Origin: Bacteriovoracia bacterium
GTDB taxonomy: Bacteria > Bdellovibrionota > UBA1018 > JBFWNL01
Reading direction: 5' to 3'
NCBI GenBank assembly: GCA_050251055.1
Contig: JBFWNL010000006.1
Coordinates: 32,001 to 96,000 of the forward strand
DNA: 64,000 nt
Every line of letters starts with the position of its first letter. Within the stretch, counting starts at the first letter, position 1. Positions 21,935-34,136 of this stretch are shown in pieces. Made by a program: the position numbers and the translations under genes. The notes under the pieces are model-generated. The model saw only the letters and a list, made by a program, of their open reading frames with translations, did no database searches and was not told the origin of the DNA.

Positions 21935-23453
21935 ACCTTCTTGGAAAAAGCATGAAAGTCGTAAAGATCGGTCATGGAAAAATTAGTTTAGAGCAGGTCG
22001 AGGCGGTCGCCGCCGGCCGGCGGAAGGTCGATATTCACCCCGCCGCCGCCCGCCGAATTCAAAAAGCCCACGTATTTTTACAGAGGGAAATGAAAACCGG
22101 CCGCGCGATCTATGGCGTAAATACGGGTTTCGGCTATCTCTCCAACGTACGCGTCCCGGACGAAGACCTCGAAACTTTGCAATATAATCTCCTGCGCTCG
22201 CACGCGGTCGGCGTAGGGGATCCGATGCCTGATCCCGTCGTGAAAGCCATGCTGCTTTTGCGCGCGCACGCACTCGCGTTCGGGCACTCGGGGGTGAGTC
22301 TGACGCTCGTACGTCAGATCGTGAAGGTTCTCAATGCCGGTATCTGCCCGTTGATCCCACATCAAGGTTCAGTCGGTGCGAGTGGGGATTTAGCGCCATT
22401 GGCGCATCTGGCGCTCGTCCTCATCGGAGAGGGCAAGGCACGCCGAAACGGTAAGCTCATGTCTGGCGCAGCCGCCCTGAAGTCCGCCGGGTTAAAGCCC
22501 ATTCGCTTGGGGCCCAAGGAGGGATTGGCGCTCATTAACGGCACGCAATTCATGACGGCGATCGGCGCGCTGGCCGTGCTCGATGCCGAGTATTTGGCTG
22601 ATTTTGCCGACGTCGTGGGCGCGCTTACCTTGGAGGCCATGCGCGGGACGGTGAAGGCGTTTGATCCCGATATCCACCGCGTGCGCTCGCATCCAGGTCA
22701 GGCGGAGTCGGCCGCGCGTATTCGCAAGATGTTGCGAGAGGGTGGAGCGAGCACGATCAGCAAGAGCCATGTCAACTGCACCCGCGTGCAGGACCCTTAC
22801 AGCCTTCGTTGCATGCCGCAGGTGCACGGGGCCACGCGCGACGCGCTGAAATTTGTGCGCGGGGTATTGGAGCGCGAAGTGAATGCGGTTACCGATAATC
22901 CCTTGATTTTTCCCGAGGCGAAGAAAATCCTCAGTGGCGGAAACTTCCACGGCCAGGTCGTTTCGCTGGCCATGGACACGTTAGCCATCGCCGTCGCGGA
23001 GCTGGCGAGTATTTCCGAGCAGCGCCTGCACAAGCTCATTAACCCCGTCATGTCGGAACTGCCGGCGTTTCTCGTGAAAGAAAGCGGGCTGAATAGCGGC
23101 TTCATGATCGTCCAGGTCGCGGCCGCTAGTATCGTCTCCGAGAATAAGACGCTCGCGCATCCGGCGGTCGTGGATTCCATACCCACCTCGGCCGACAAGG
23201 AAGATCACGTCAGCATGGGTGCCTGGGCCGCGCGCAAGGCGAGTCGCGTGGTGAAGAATACGCGCCGGGTGTTGGCTATGGAAGCGCTGGCCGCCGCGCA
23301 AGGCATAGATCTTTTGCGCCCGCTACGGACGACGCCGTTCTTGGAGCGCACGCATCGGCTCATTCGCTCGCGCGTGCGCACGTACGCGCAGGACCGAATT
23401 TTTAGCGGAGATTTAGAGACCGCCGAGCGCATGATCGGCGATCGGGAGTTTGT

Positions 23454-23466
<13 letters not shown>
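21931..23466 (+). CDS. hutH: Histidine ammonia-lyase
   Basis: [17 protein letters not shown] (MIO), [20 protein letters not shown]. Confidence 0.96.
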
Positions 23467-25154
<1,688 letters not shown>

Positions 25155-25160
25155 TCGCGC

Positions 25161-26390
25161 ATGTCCCAGGTTTATATCCACGCGAGCGAGATCCTCACCG
25201 GCGAAGGCATTCGTCGCAAGGATGGCCGGCGCCCGGAGGAATCCGACCTGGGTCGTATCGAGGACGGCGCGATCGTGATCGCCGACCCCAAGCGGGATGG
25301 CCGCCCGGGGAAGATTGAATGGGTAGGTAAGACCTCGGATCTCCCGAAACGTTATGGGCGGGTCCGTAAAAAAAATCTCAAACGGAAGCACGCCGTTGTT
25401 CCCGGTCTAGTGGACTGCCACACGCACCTGGTGTTTGCGGGCGATCGATCGGAGGAATTTGCCGCGCGCTGCGGAGGCGCGACCTACGCCGAAATCGCGG
25501 CGAAGGGTGGGGGTATCCTCACCACCGTACGGGCCACGCGCGATGCTTCCGCGAAAGAGCTTTTCCGTCTGGCCAATGCGCGACTACGCGAGGCCTATAA
25601 CTACGGTGTGCGCACGATCGAAATCAAAACGGGCTATGGGCTCACGCCCGAGTCCGAGCTGAAGTGTCTTGAAGTGATTCGTGAGCTCAAGAAGAGCTGC
25701 CCGAAGATGACGATCCAATCCACTTTCTTGGGGGCGCATGCTTTTCCGAAAGAGCTGCCACGTACCGAGTATCTACGGCAGCTCACCGAAGAGATGATCC
25801 CGCAGGCTGCGAAGAGGAAGCTTGCTGACGCTTGCGACGTTTTCATCGACGAGGGTTACTATACGATTGAAGAAGGCCGTCAGGTGCTGGAGGCCGGCCG
25901 CCGTCACGGGATGGCGATTAAGCTTCACGGCGATGAGCTCGTCGACACCGGATCGGCCGCGTTCGCCTGCGAGATGGGCGCGCTCTCCGTCGATCACTTG
26001 CTGAAAGTTTCCCCCGAAGGGATCCGTCGCCTAGGCTCATCCGATACGGTGGCCGTACTCCTCCCGGGGACCGCGTTTTATCTGAAAGCTCCGCACGCCC
26101 CCGCCCGTGCGCTCATCGACGCCGGCGCGCGCGTCGCGCTCTCGACGGATTTTAATCCCGGCACCAGCATGACTTTGTCGCTTCCGACAATCCTCACCAT
26201 CTCCGCGCTTTATCTCCAGATGTCCCGCGCCGAGCTCTTCGCGGGCGTGACTTATAATGGCGCGCGCGCGCTGGGTTTGCACGAGCGCAAAGGGACGCTG
26301 GAGAAAGGCAAAGACGGGGATATCGCGGTATTGCCGTTCGCGCGTTTCGAGGAGATGTATTACCGATTCGCCTGGGCGCCAGGGATGTAG
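25161..26390 (+). CDS. hutI: Imidazolonepropionase
   Basis: PGLVDCHTHLVFAGDR, GGGILTTVRATR, STDFNPGT. Confidence 0.96.
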   Translation: MSQVYIHASEILTGEGIRRKDGRRPEESDLGRIEDGAIVIADPKRDGRPGKIEWVGKTSDLPKRYGRVRKKNLKRKHAVVPGLVDCHTHLVFAGDRSEEFAARCGGATYAEIAAKGGGILTTVRATRDASAKELFRLANARLREAYNYGVRTIEIKTGYGLTPESELKCLEVIRELKKSCPKMTIQSTFLGAHAFPKELPRTEYLRQLTEEMIPQAAKRKLADACDVFIDEGYYTIEEGRQVLEAGRRHGMAIKLHGDELVDTGSAAFACEMGALSVDHLLKVSPEGIRRLGSSDTVAVLLPGTAFYLKAPHAPARALIDAGARVALSTDFNPGTSMTLSLPTILTISALYLQMSRAELFAGVTYNGARALGLHERKGTLEKGKDGDIAVLPFARFEEMYYRFAWAPGM

Positions 26391-27034
26391 TACGTGACTT
26401 TACGCGTGAGCAGCCAATAGACGGCCGCCGCGCAGCCCAGGCCCGCGAAACAATCGACGATGTAATGTTGCTTCGTCGTCAAGGTGGTGATCGCGACCGC
26501 GGTCGCCCAAAGAAAGAAAGCCCAGAATTTCTTGCGCGCAGCCGGGCTTGGGTCCTGTAGGAATACGAAAGACGTGATGTAGCAGCTGCCTACGTGCAGG
26601 CTGGGTAGGCAGTTCGCCGGCGTATCCAAGCTTCGAAACGTGCTGAATACCCAGTAAGTGAACATGTTCTCGTTTCCGGTGAGCGGGTAGAGATCGCGCG
26701 GATAAGTCGTGGGGAAGAACCAAAAGATGAGCACGCTAAAAGTCTGCAGCACCAGCAGACAATAGCAGAAGAGGTTCATGGATTTTCGGTCCTTGAGCTG
26801 GAGAAAAGCCAACGGGAACAGCGCGTACTCGCTCAGGTAGATCCAAATCGTATCGGGCACGAGCGGGGTGACCCGATCGATCCACCACATGGGCAGCATC
26901 GCGGGCTCGAAAAGGTGGACGCGGTTGGAGCTTACGTACATCGCGAGCATCACGAAGGTCAGGATCCATCCGGACTTGATCTTGTTCTCCGACGTGACGT
27001 ACATCGGAAGCGAAAGAGTCATTACTTCAGCCAT
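26360..27034 (-). CDS. PAP2-superfamily membrane enzyme, AUR1/IPC-synthase-like
   Basis: FPTTYPR..LDTPANCLPSLH..TLTTKQHYIVD; multiple TMs. Confidence 0.75.
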   Translation of the reverse strand: MAEVMTLSLPMYVTSENKIKSGWILTFVMLAMYVSSNRVHLFEPAMLPMWWIDRVTPLVPDTIWIYLSEYALFPLAFLQLKDRKSMNLFCYCLLVLQTFSVLIFWFFPTTYPRDLYPLTGNENMFTYWVFSTFRSLDTPANCLPSLHVGSCYITSFVFLQDPSPAARKKFWAFFLWATAVAITTLTTKQHYIVDCFAGLGCAAAVYWLLTRKVTYYIPGAQANR

Positions 27035-27609
27035 TCCTTCATCTGGGCGTGTACTTGTTGGCTATTCCAATCGCGGTCGCCACTCTCCGCCATCAACACC
27101 TTGCGATCCTTATCCAGGATCACCGTGAACGGGATGGCATGGACGTCGAAGAAGCGGCTTAACTCTTGGTCGGCATCGTAATAGGCGGCGAAGTCGATTT
27201 TAAATTGCTCAAGGGCCCGTCCCATGACGGCTTCCGGGTTTTCGTCGACATTGATGGTGATGACTTCAAATCCGTCCTTTTGGAACGCTTCGCGCAGTTT
27301 CACGATCGAGGGCATTTCGATCACGCAAGCCTCGCACCAGGTCGCCCAGAAATTAATGAGAGCGATCTTGTGCTTCAGCTTGGAGTATTCAATCTTTCCG
27401 CCTCGAAAGCGCGAGAGCGTGAAATCGGGGAGCGTAGCGCCCACGCGCACTTCCGCGTGCCCGTCTCCGTCCGCGCCCGGCGCGCCCACTTGTGACTTCA
27501 AAAAGGAAAGCCCCCCGATGGCGATCGCGATGATCACGACAATCGGCGCGACGATCGGAATGAACCGCTTCCAGGAGTGATTTCGTGTACTTGATGCGGG
27601 GTCTGTCAT
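27022..27609 (-). CDS. TlpA-family thiol-disulfide oxidoreductase
   Basis: N-terminal TM; INFWATWCEACVIEMP; AIPFT. Confidence 0.9.
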   Translation of the reverse strand: MTDPASSTRNHSWKRFIPIVAPIVVIIAIAIGGLSFLKSQVGAPGADGDGHAEVRVGATLPDFTLSRFRGGKIEYSKLKHKIALINFWATWCEACVIEMPSIVKLREAFQKDGFEVITINVDENPEAVMGRALEQFKIDFAAYYDADQELSRFFDVHAIPFTVILDKDRKVLMAESGDRDWNSQQVHAQMKEWLK

Positions 27610-27639
27610 CTTCTGGAATTATACCTTAGAATGATAGTT

Positions 27640-27870
27640 ATGAAAGAGGGTAAAGCGGATCCTAAGGCCGGCCAGGCGCTCATCGAGTACATCCTCATGC
27701 TCAGCGCCGCCCTCCTGATCGTGGGCTTGGTGAACCAAGGTTTCTATAAGATCCGTAATTACCTTTGGCGGAAGATCACCTGCGAGGTCGCCGCTCCCTG
27801 TCCGGGTTGCGAAGCCCCCGCGGGGACGGATCGCGCGGTTAGTCGTTCATTCGGACGGGGCTGTAACTGA
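27640..27870 (+). CDS. Small Flp/Tad-type pilin-like protein with Cys-rich tail
   Basis: Class III signal PKAG|QALIEY plus hydrophobic helix; four Cys in the C-terminal part. Confidence 0.65.
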   Translation: MKEGKADPKAGQALIEYILMLSAALLIVGLVNQGFYKIRNYLWRKITCEVAAPCPGCEAPAGTDRAVSRSFGRGCN

Positions 27871-28476
27871 GGGAGATGCCTCGCTCGGTTTAAACCCGAT
27901 TCCGATCAGAAAGATTTCTTTGCTCTCCTTACGGGTGCTTTGGGGTCGCAGGACTTCCACCCGGTTGAAAGCCTCCTTGATCTGCTTACGCAAGGGTTCG
28001 AAGCCTTCGCTGTGGAATAGCTTACAAACGAAGCTGCCTCCGGGCAGGAGGTACTTTCGGGCGGCGGTCAAAGCCATTTCGCAAAGCTCGAGCGAGCGGG
28101 CTTGGTCGGTCACTCGAATGCCCGTCGTCCGCGGCGCCATATCCGAAAGCACGGAGTGAAACTTCGGCTGCATATCGTACTGGCGGAACACTTCCGTGAG
28201 ATCCGTCGTGAGGAAATCCCCCTGGACAAAAACCGCGTTAGGCAATGTCAGCCGGACTTCCTGTAGGTCGATCCCCAGGAGTCTCCCCATTTTTCCGATT
28301 TTTCCGGAGACATACTGCGACCACGAACCCGGGGCCGCGCCCAAGTCGAGCACCTGATCGCCGGACTTGATCAGGCGGAATTTTTTATCAATTTCCTCGA
28401 GCTTGTAAACCGAGCGCGCGGCGAAGTTGTCTTCTTTTGCCTTGCGGAAATAATAGTCTTTTCGGTTGTAAGTCAC
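27847..28476 (-). CDS. rlmE: 23S rRNA U2552 2'-O-methyltransferase
   Basis: ARSVYKL, VLDLGAAPGSWSQ, LSDMAP, SKEIF. Confidence 0.95.
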   Translation of the reverse strand: MTYNRKDYYFRKAKEDNFAARSVYKLEEIDKKFRLIKSGDQVLDLGAAPGSWSQYVSGKIGKMGRLLGIDLQEVRLTLPNAVFVQGDFLTTDLTEVFRQYDMQPKFHSVLSDMAPRTTGIRVTDQARSLELCEMALTAARKYLLPGGSFVCKLFHSEGFEPLRKQIKEAFNRVEVLRPQSTRKESKEIFLIGIGFKPSEASPSVTAPSE

Positions 28477-28488
28477 GCGGTCGTAGAC

Positions 28489-29421
28489 TTACCCGAATAC
28501 CTCGGAATAATCCAGTACGGGTTCCACGCAGCAATTCGCGGCTTCAAAATAAGGAGCCCAATCCGACCAGTCCCGTCTTCCGAAGGCGGCCTGGACGAGC
28601 TCAATCACCTGGGCGGCTTCCGATCCCCTCGCGTATCCTTGCCCCCGGAGCTCGTTTAGCTCGAGGACTTCACAGAGTTTTTCCCAGAATTTTTGTTCCA
28701 CGGCACCCACGGTTACGCGCCGGCCGTCACGGCATCGATAGATGCGATAGCAGGGGAAGGCGCCCGTGAAGAGCGTCGTATCGGGCGCGGGCAGGTGTCC
28801 GGTGCCGGCGTACTCGCGCGCGAAGTAGTGCTGCACTTCCCGCAAGGTGTCGTAGAAGTTGACGACCACGCGCGCTCCGCGCCGGGATTTTTCCGTCAAA
28901 CGCAGCTGGGCCAGGAATCGGATGGCGGCAGCGTCCACCGTGAAGAAATCCCCGAGCGGCAGTCCGGGTAGCTCGCGGCTCAACGAGAGAAGGCCAGTAC
29001 GGGCTTGGAAATTAATGTCATGCCCCGCGCGGTCTTTGAGTGCGCCGCGCTCCGGGTAGCCGGTGATGCTCAGGATGATCAAGCGCGGGTTGATCCGGTG
29101 CAAGCTCCGCTGGTCCAGGCCCAACTTCCGTTTTGCGGCGGGCCGAAACGCTTCAATCACGGCGTCGGCTTTTTTCACGAGCGTGGAAAACCGCTTTCGA
29201 TCGGCGGGTTCCTTTAAGTTCAACTTGATGATCTGCTTTCCGCGATTCAACTCCCGATAAAACGTCCTGCCTAGCGCCTTCACGCCGTCCGGCTGATCCG
29301 GATTCTCGATACGAATGACCCGCGCGCCCAAACCGCGGAGTTTTTGCGCGAGCGATGGCCCCGGCATGAGCGTCGCGCAGTCGATGACGGTTTTTCCGGA
29401 GAGAGGCTTACGCGCGGCCAT
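28489..29421 (-). CDS. CaiB/BaiF family III CoA-transferase (AMACR-like)
   Basis: LMPGP..LGARVIRIE..LNRGK..EAFRP..GHDINF..YRCRDGR. Confidence 0.85.
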   Translation of the reverse strand: MAARKPLSGKTVIDCATLMPGPSLAQKLRGLGARVIRIENPDQPDGVKALGRTFYRELNRGKQIIKLNLKEPADRKRFSTLVKKADAVIEAFRPAAKRKLGLDQRSLHRINPRLIILSITGYPERGALKDRAGHDINFQARTGLLSLSRELPGLPLGDFFTVDAAAIRFLAQLRLTEKSRRGARVVVNFYDTLREVQHYFAREYAGTGHLPAPDTTLFTGAFPCYRIYRCRDGRRVTVGAVEQKFWEKLCEVLELNELRGQGYARGSEAAQVIELVQAAFGRRDWSDWAPYFEAANCCVEPVLDYSEVFG

Positions 29422-29423
29422 GG

Positions 29424-30170
29424 TTAAATAAACCGGCTAAAATACTTGCGGCTTTCTTCGAAAACGTAAGAAGCGATATGTTGGGCGTCCGCGGGTTTGA
29501 GATTTTGCAGCTGCAGGCCGATCTTCACGCCCGGGGGTTTGGCGTCTCGCGTGTTCGTCATCATTTTGATATGCTTCACTTCCGCGTCGCATTTAATATC
29601 ACGGCTACGGACCTGGAAGCGGATGTTCCGTAGCTTCAGGCCGACCGTGAACATCGCCTCCTCGTCGGTCTTGACGATGAACGAGATGCCGCCCGCACTG
29701 ATGTCATAGACTTTCTTCTGCAGCTTGTTTTCCGGGAAAAGTGGATCCTCCACCTCGATCTTGATCGCGTAGCCATCCGGCACGGGCATGCGGAAATCCT
29801 TGCGCCGCTGGACCTTATAGATCTGTTCCGGATACTCGAACGCCAGGCCCTCCTGGTTGATGTCCTTGAACTTAGTCTTAAAAAAAATATTGGCGCGCGT
29901 AAGCGAAACGCTGAAGTAGCACGAAGGATCCTTGATCTTTTGGAGTTCGCGGATGAACGCGTCGGGATTGAAGTTCTTGGGCATCCACGCGTAAATCGTT
30001 TTTTGTTCCTCGGTGTACCCCACGAGGTGGGTGTTCACGACCTGCTCTTGGTCCTTGGTCCAGATGATGGTGGACGCGAACACCTTGGCGCCTTCGCGCA
30101 TGAGCATGCGCGATTCCTTGGCGTCTTCAATCGGGACAAACGCGCGATTGGAATCTTCGCCTTTGGCCAT
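29424..30170 (-). CDS. PilZ-domain (YcgR-like) c-di-GMP receptor
   Basis: QRRKDFR (RxxxR) and DISAGG (DxSxxG). Confidence 0.88.
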   Translation of the reverse strand: MAKGEDSNRAFVPIEDAKESRMLMREGAKVFASTIIWTKDQEQVVNTHLVGYTEEQKTIYAWMPKNFNPDAFIRELQKIKDPSCYFSVSLTRANIFFKTKFKDINQEGLAFEYPEQIYKVQRRKDFRMPVPDGYAIKIEVEDPLFPENKLQKKVYDISAGGISFIVKTDEEAMFTVGLKLRNIRFQVRSRDIKCDAEVKHIKMMTNTRDAKPPGVKIGLQLQNLKPADAQHIASYVFEESRKYFSRFI

Positions 30171-30176
30171 AGTCGG

Positions 30177-31208
<1,032 letters not shown>

Positions 31209-31235
31209 TCAGTTTTCACCGACATTTTACCGAGC

Positions 31236-32069
31236 TCACCACTTGTAATGCCGAATATGCTCACCGCGCTGGGCGATTTCGCTCATGGATTTGATGCCGA
31301 TTTCCAAGTGAAGATCCGTGAAGTTGCGGAACACCGACCGCGCGGATTTCTTCGTCTTGATCCCGCCGCGCTTGAGCGGCAAGTCCGAAACCAACAGCAA
31401 CGCCCCGATCGGGACTTTGCTCACGAAACCACCTACGAATAGGGTCGCACATTCCATTTCGATCGCCAAGGCCCGTTCTTCGTACAGTTCCGCCTTGAAT
31501 TGCTCGTCGAATTCCCAGAAGCGGTAGTTCGTGGTGTGGACCACGCCGGTACGGTAATCGTGCCCTTTTTCGACCAAAATCTCGGAAACGAATTTTTGAA
31601 TTTTGAACGTCGGCAGCGCCGGCGTTTGCATCGGCATAAAATGCCGGGACGTTCCTTCGTCGCGGATCGCGGCCGTCGGCACGATGAAGTCGCCGACCTT
31701 GAGCGAGCGATGCAGGCCGCCGCACATTCCGAGCAGCAGCACGGCCTTGGGTTCCACGCACGCGAGCAGCTCGATGATGAGTGCGGCCGTGGGCGAGCCG
31801 ATCGAGAAATCCACGATCGAAACCCCGGCGCTCTTGCTATGCACGACGCTCATCGCGGAACCTTTGGTCGTGCGGTCGCCGCAAATTTTCTCGAAGCGTT
31901 GGATGTAGTAATCAAAGTTGGTCAGAATGATCTGCTTTTGAAACATGCTGGCCGAACTTCCAGTGTAACGTTCCAGCATGTCGGCTGCGATTTTCGCCTT
32001 CTTCTTGTTGTTGTAGATACGATTGGAGGCGTTCGCCGTTCGGGGATAAGCACTTGGTTTTGCAGCCAT
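31236..32069 (-). CDS. amn: AMP nucleosidase (short type)
   Basis: MLERYTG..ILTNF..IGSPTAA..GMCGGL..AAIRDEGTS..IEMECAT..LLVSD. Confidence 0.85.
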   Translation of the reverse strand: MAAKPSAYPRTANASNRIYNNKKKAKIAADMLERYTGSSASMFQKQIILTNFDYYIQRFEKICGDRTTKGSAMSVVHSKSAGVSIVDFSIGSPTAALIIELLACVEPKAVLLLGMCGGLHRSLKVGDFIVPTAAIRDEGTSRHFMPMQTPALPTFKIQKFVSEILVEKGHDYRTGVVHTTNYRFWEFDEQFKAELYEERALAIEMECATLFVGGFVSKVPIGALLLVSDLPLKRGGIKTKKSARSVFRNFTDLHLEIGIKSMSEIAQRGEHIRHYKW

Positions 32070-32171
32070 TAGATCTACAGCCTAACTTTTGACCTGAGGC
32101 GAAACAAGGACTTTCAGGGACTTAGGAGAGATTCCTTGCGAGAATCCGACCAAAATGGCACAGTGAGCAAA

Positions 32172-32849
32172 ATGAATTCCGGGGTCATCACCTACTGCCA
32201 ACGCATGGATGCGAAGGGCTGGGTAGCCAATCACGACGGCAATATCTCTCTGCGTCAAGGTGAAGAGTTTCTCATCACGCCCGGCGCCCGCGCAAAGTTT
32301 GATGTGTTGAAGGAAGAAGACCTCGTCGTCGTGGACGCGAAGGGCCAGAAGGTTCGCGGCAAAGGTTCTCCATTTTCAGAGTTCGCTGTCCATCAAAGAA
32401 TTTACCAAGCCCGTCCTGACGTGATGGCCGTGGTGCACGCGCACCCGCCGCACGCGATGGCCGTGGGATGCGCCAATCAGGAAATGTTGACGACCGCCGT
32501 GCCCGAAGCGGTAGTGAGTATCGGTCCGGGCGTGCCGTTGGTTGGACTGTGTCTCCCCAACTCCGATGCGCTCTGGTCGGAGCTCGACAAGCTCCTGCCC
32601 CATTACAATGTCGTGATGGTAGGGGGAAACGGGGTTTTCAGCTGGGGCAAGGATCTGGAGCAAGCGTATTTACGTTTGGAGCTGGTAGAGCACCTGGCTT
32701 CAATTCTGCTGAAGTCTTTACCCTTGGGCGGTCCGAAACTTTTGGCGTCGTCCGACGTGGTCACGCTCCTGAAAAAGCGCGAGGCCGCAGGCTTGGCTTT
32801 GCCGCCGGATCCGGCACGTCCCCATTGGTTTGGTGCGAACTTAAAGTAA
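32172..32849 (+). CDS. Class II aldolase/adducin family protein
   Basis: DGNIS, ITPG, SEFAVH, VVHAHPP; the third Zn-His position reads GNGV rather than NHG. Confidence 0.85.
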   Translation: MNSGVITYCQRMDAKGWVANHDGNISLRQGEEFLITPGARAKFDVLKEEDLVVVDAKGQKVRGKGSPFSEFAVHQRIYQARPDVMAVVHAHPPHAMAVGCANQEMLTTAVPEAVVSIGPGVPLVGLCLPNSDALWSELDKLLPHYNVVMVGGNGVFSWGKDLEQAYLRLELVEHLASILLKSLPLGGPKLLASSDVVTLLKKREAAGLALPPDPARPHWFGANLK

Positions 32850-32859
32850 AAAGTGACGC

Positions 32860-33831
32860 GTGGAATCCCCCCGGCACGTACCGATATTAGCCGATGAAAT
32901 CACCGAAAAGCTGGTAGCGGCGTTTACGGCCCTGCCCATCGATGCGCCTCCGCGTGCGCTGCTGGATTGTACTTTTGGTGGCGGAGGCCACACGGGACGT
33001 TTACTCGAGGCATTCGCCAGCGACCCACGCTTGCGGCGGCATGTCGTCGTGGGCGTCGACCAGGATGCACGTGCGATCGAAGCCGGCCGCGCGCGCTTCC
33101 GAGACGCGATCGTCGCCGGACGGATGTACCTCATGCATTCCCGCTTCAGCCAAGCGTTGGAAAAACTCCCCCAGGTTTTGCCCGCGGAATTTCGTATTGC
33201 CGGGGGCGTGCGACTGGGAGGCTTGCTCGCAGACCTAGGGTTTTCCAGCGATCAAATTGATGACCCGACACGCGGGTTGAGCTTCCGCGCGGACGGTCCC
33301 TTGGATATGCGGCTCGACCCCGCGCGCGGGTGGAGCTGTCGGGAATACCTTGCGCAAGTAAGCGAGGCGGAGCTCGAGCGGGTGCTTCGGGAGTTTGGCG
33401 AAGAAAAGTTTTCCAAGCGTATCGCCGCGGGGATTATTCAGTCCCGTCAAAAAAATGACTTGCCGAAAACGACCAAAGCGCTCTCGGATATCGTTATTCG
33501 CGCGATCCCCGCGTCCGCCCGGCACGGGCGGCTGCACGCCGCGACGCGCAGCTTTCAAGCTTTGCGAATTGTCGTTAACGAAGAGTTAGAAGAACTCGAC
33601 GCCTTACTTGAGCATGTTATCCTAGCATTACAGCCAGGAGGGCGCGCCGCCATCATGAGTTTTCATTCTTTGGAAGACCGCCGCGTTAAACATTTTTTTC
33701 AAGCGCAGAGCCGTGGGGACCATCCGCAGCTCGAGTTGCTGAGCAAGAAGCCAATCATCGCCAACCGCGAGGAGTGCCTGCGTAATCCCCGCGCGCGCAG
33801 CGCCAAGTTGAGGGTCGCCGCACGCGTATGA
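32860..33831 (+). CDS. rsmH: 16S rRNA C1402 N4-methyltransferase
   Basis: HVPIL, DCTFGGGGH, DLGFSS, LDMRLD, SFHSLEDR, RSAKLR. Confidence 0.96.
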   Translation: MESPRHVPILADEITEKLVAAFTALPIDAPPRALLDCTFGGGGHTGRLLEAFASDPRLRRHVVVGVDQDARAIEAGRARFRDAIVAGRMYLMHSRFSQALEKLPQVLPAEFRIAGGVRLGGLLADLGFSSDQIDDPTRGLSFRADGPLDMRLDPARGWSCREYLAQVSEAELERVLREFGEEKFSKRIAAGIIQSRQKNDLPKTTKALSDIVIRAIPASARHGRLHAATRSFQALRIVVNEELEELDALLEHVILALQPGGRAAIMSFHSLEDRRVKHFFQAQSRGDHPQLELLSKKPIIANREECLRNPRARSAKLRVAARV

Positions 33832-34136
33832 AGACGGGGAACGGTGGAAATACGGGACGTCGACGCTGGTTGCCTTTTTGGGCGATGCCCGTGTTGATTT
33901 TCATGGCGGTGGGGACGGTCTGGCTGCGGCTTGCGATCGTGCGGACTTCTTACGAGATCGACCAAGCGGAAAAACAGCTGAAGAACCATCGCCTGAATCT
34001 AGAGCGGTTGAACCTTAGCATCGCGAAGCTGCGGGCTCCACATCGCCTGGAGTCGCTCGCGAAGACCAACTTTAAACTCAATCATCCCAGGACGGGACAA
34101 GTCGTGTACATGGAAGACTCGGGGCATGGCAATTGA
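33828..34136 (+). CDS. ftsL: Cell division protein FtsL-like
   Basis: Single TM plus coiled coil; lies between rsmH and ftsI. Confidence 0.75.
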   Translation: MKTGNGGNTGRRRWLPFWAMPVLIFMAVGTVWLRLAIVRTSYEIDQAEKQLKNHRLNLERLNLSIAKLRAPHRLESLAKTNFKLNHPRTGQVVYMEDSGHGN

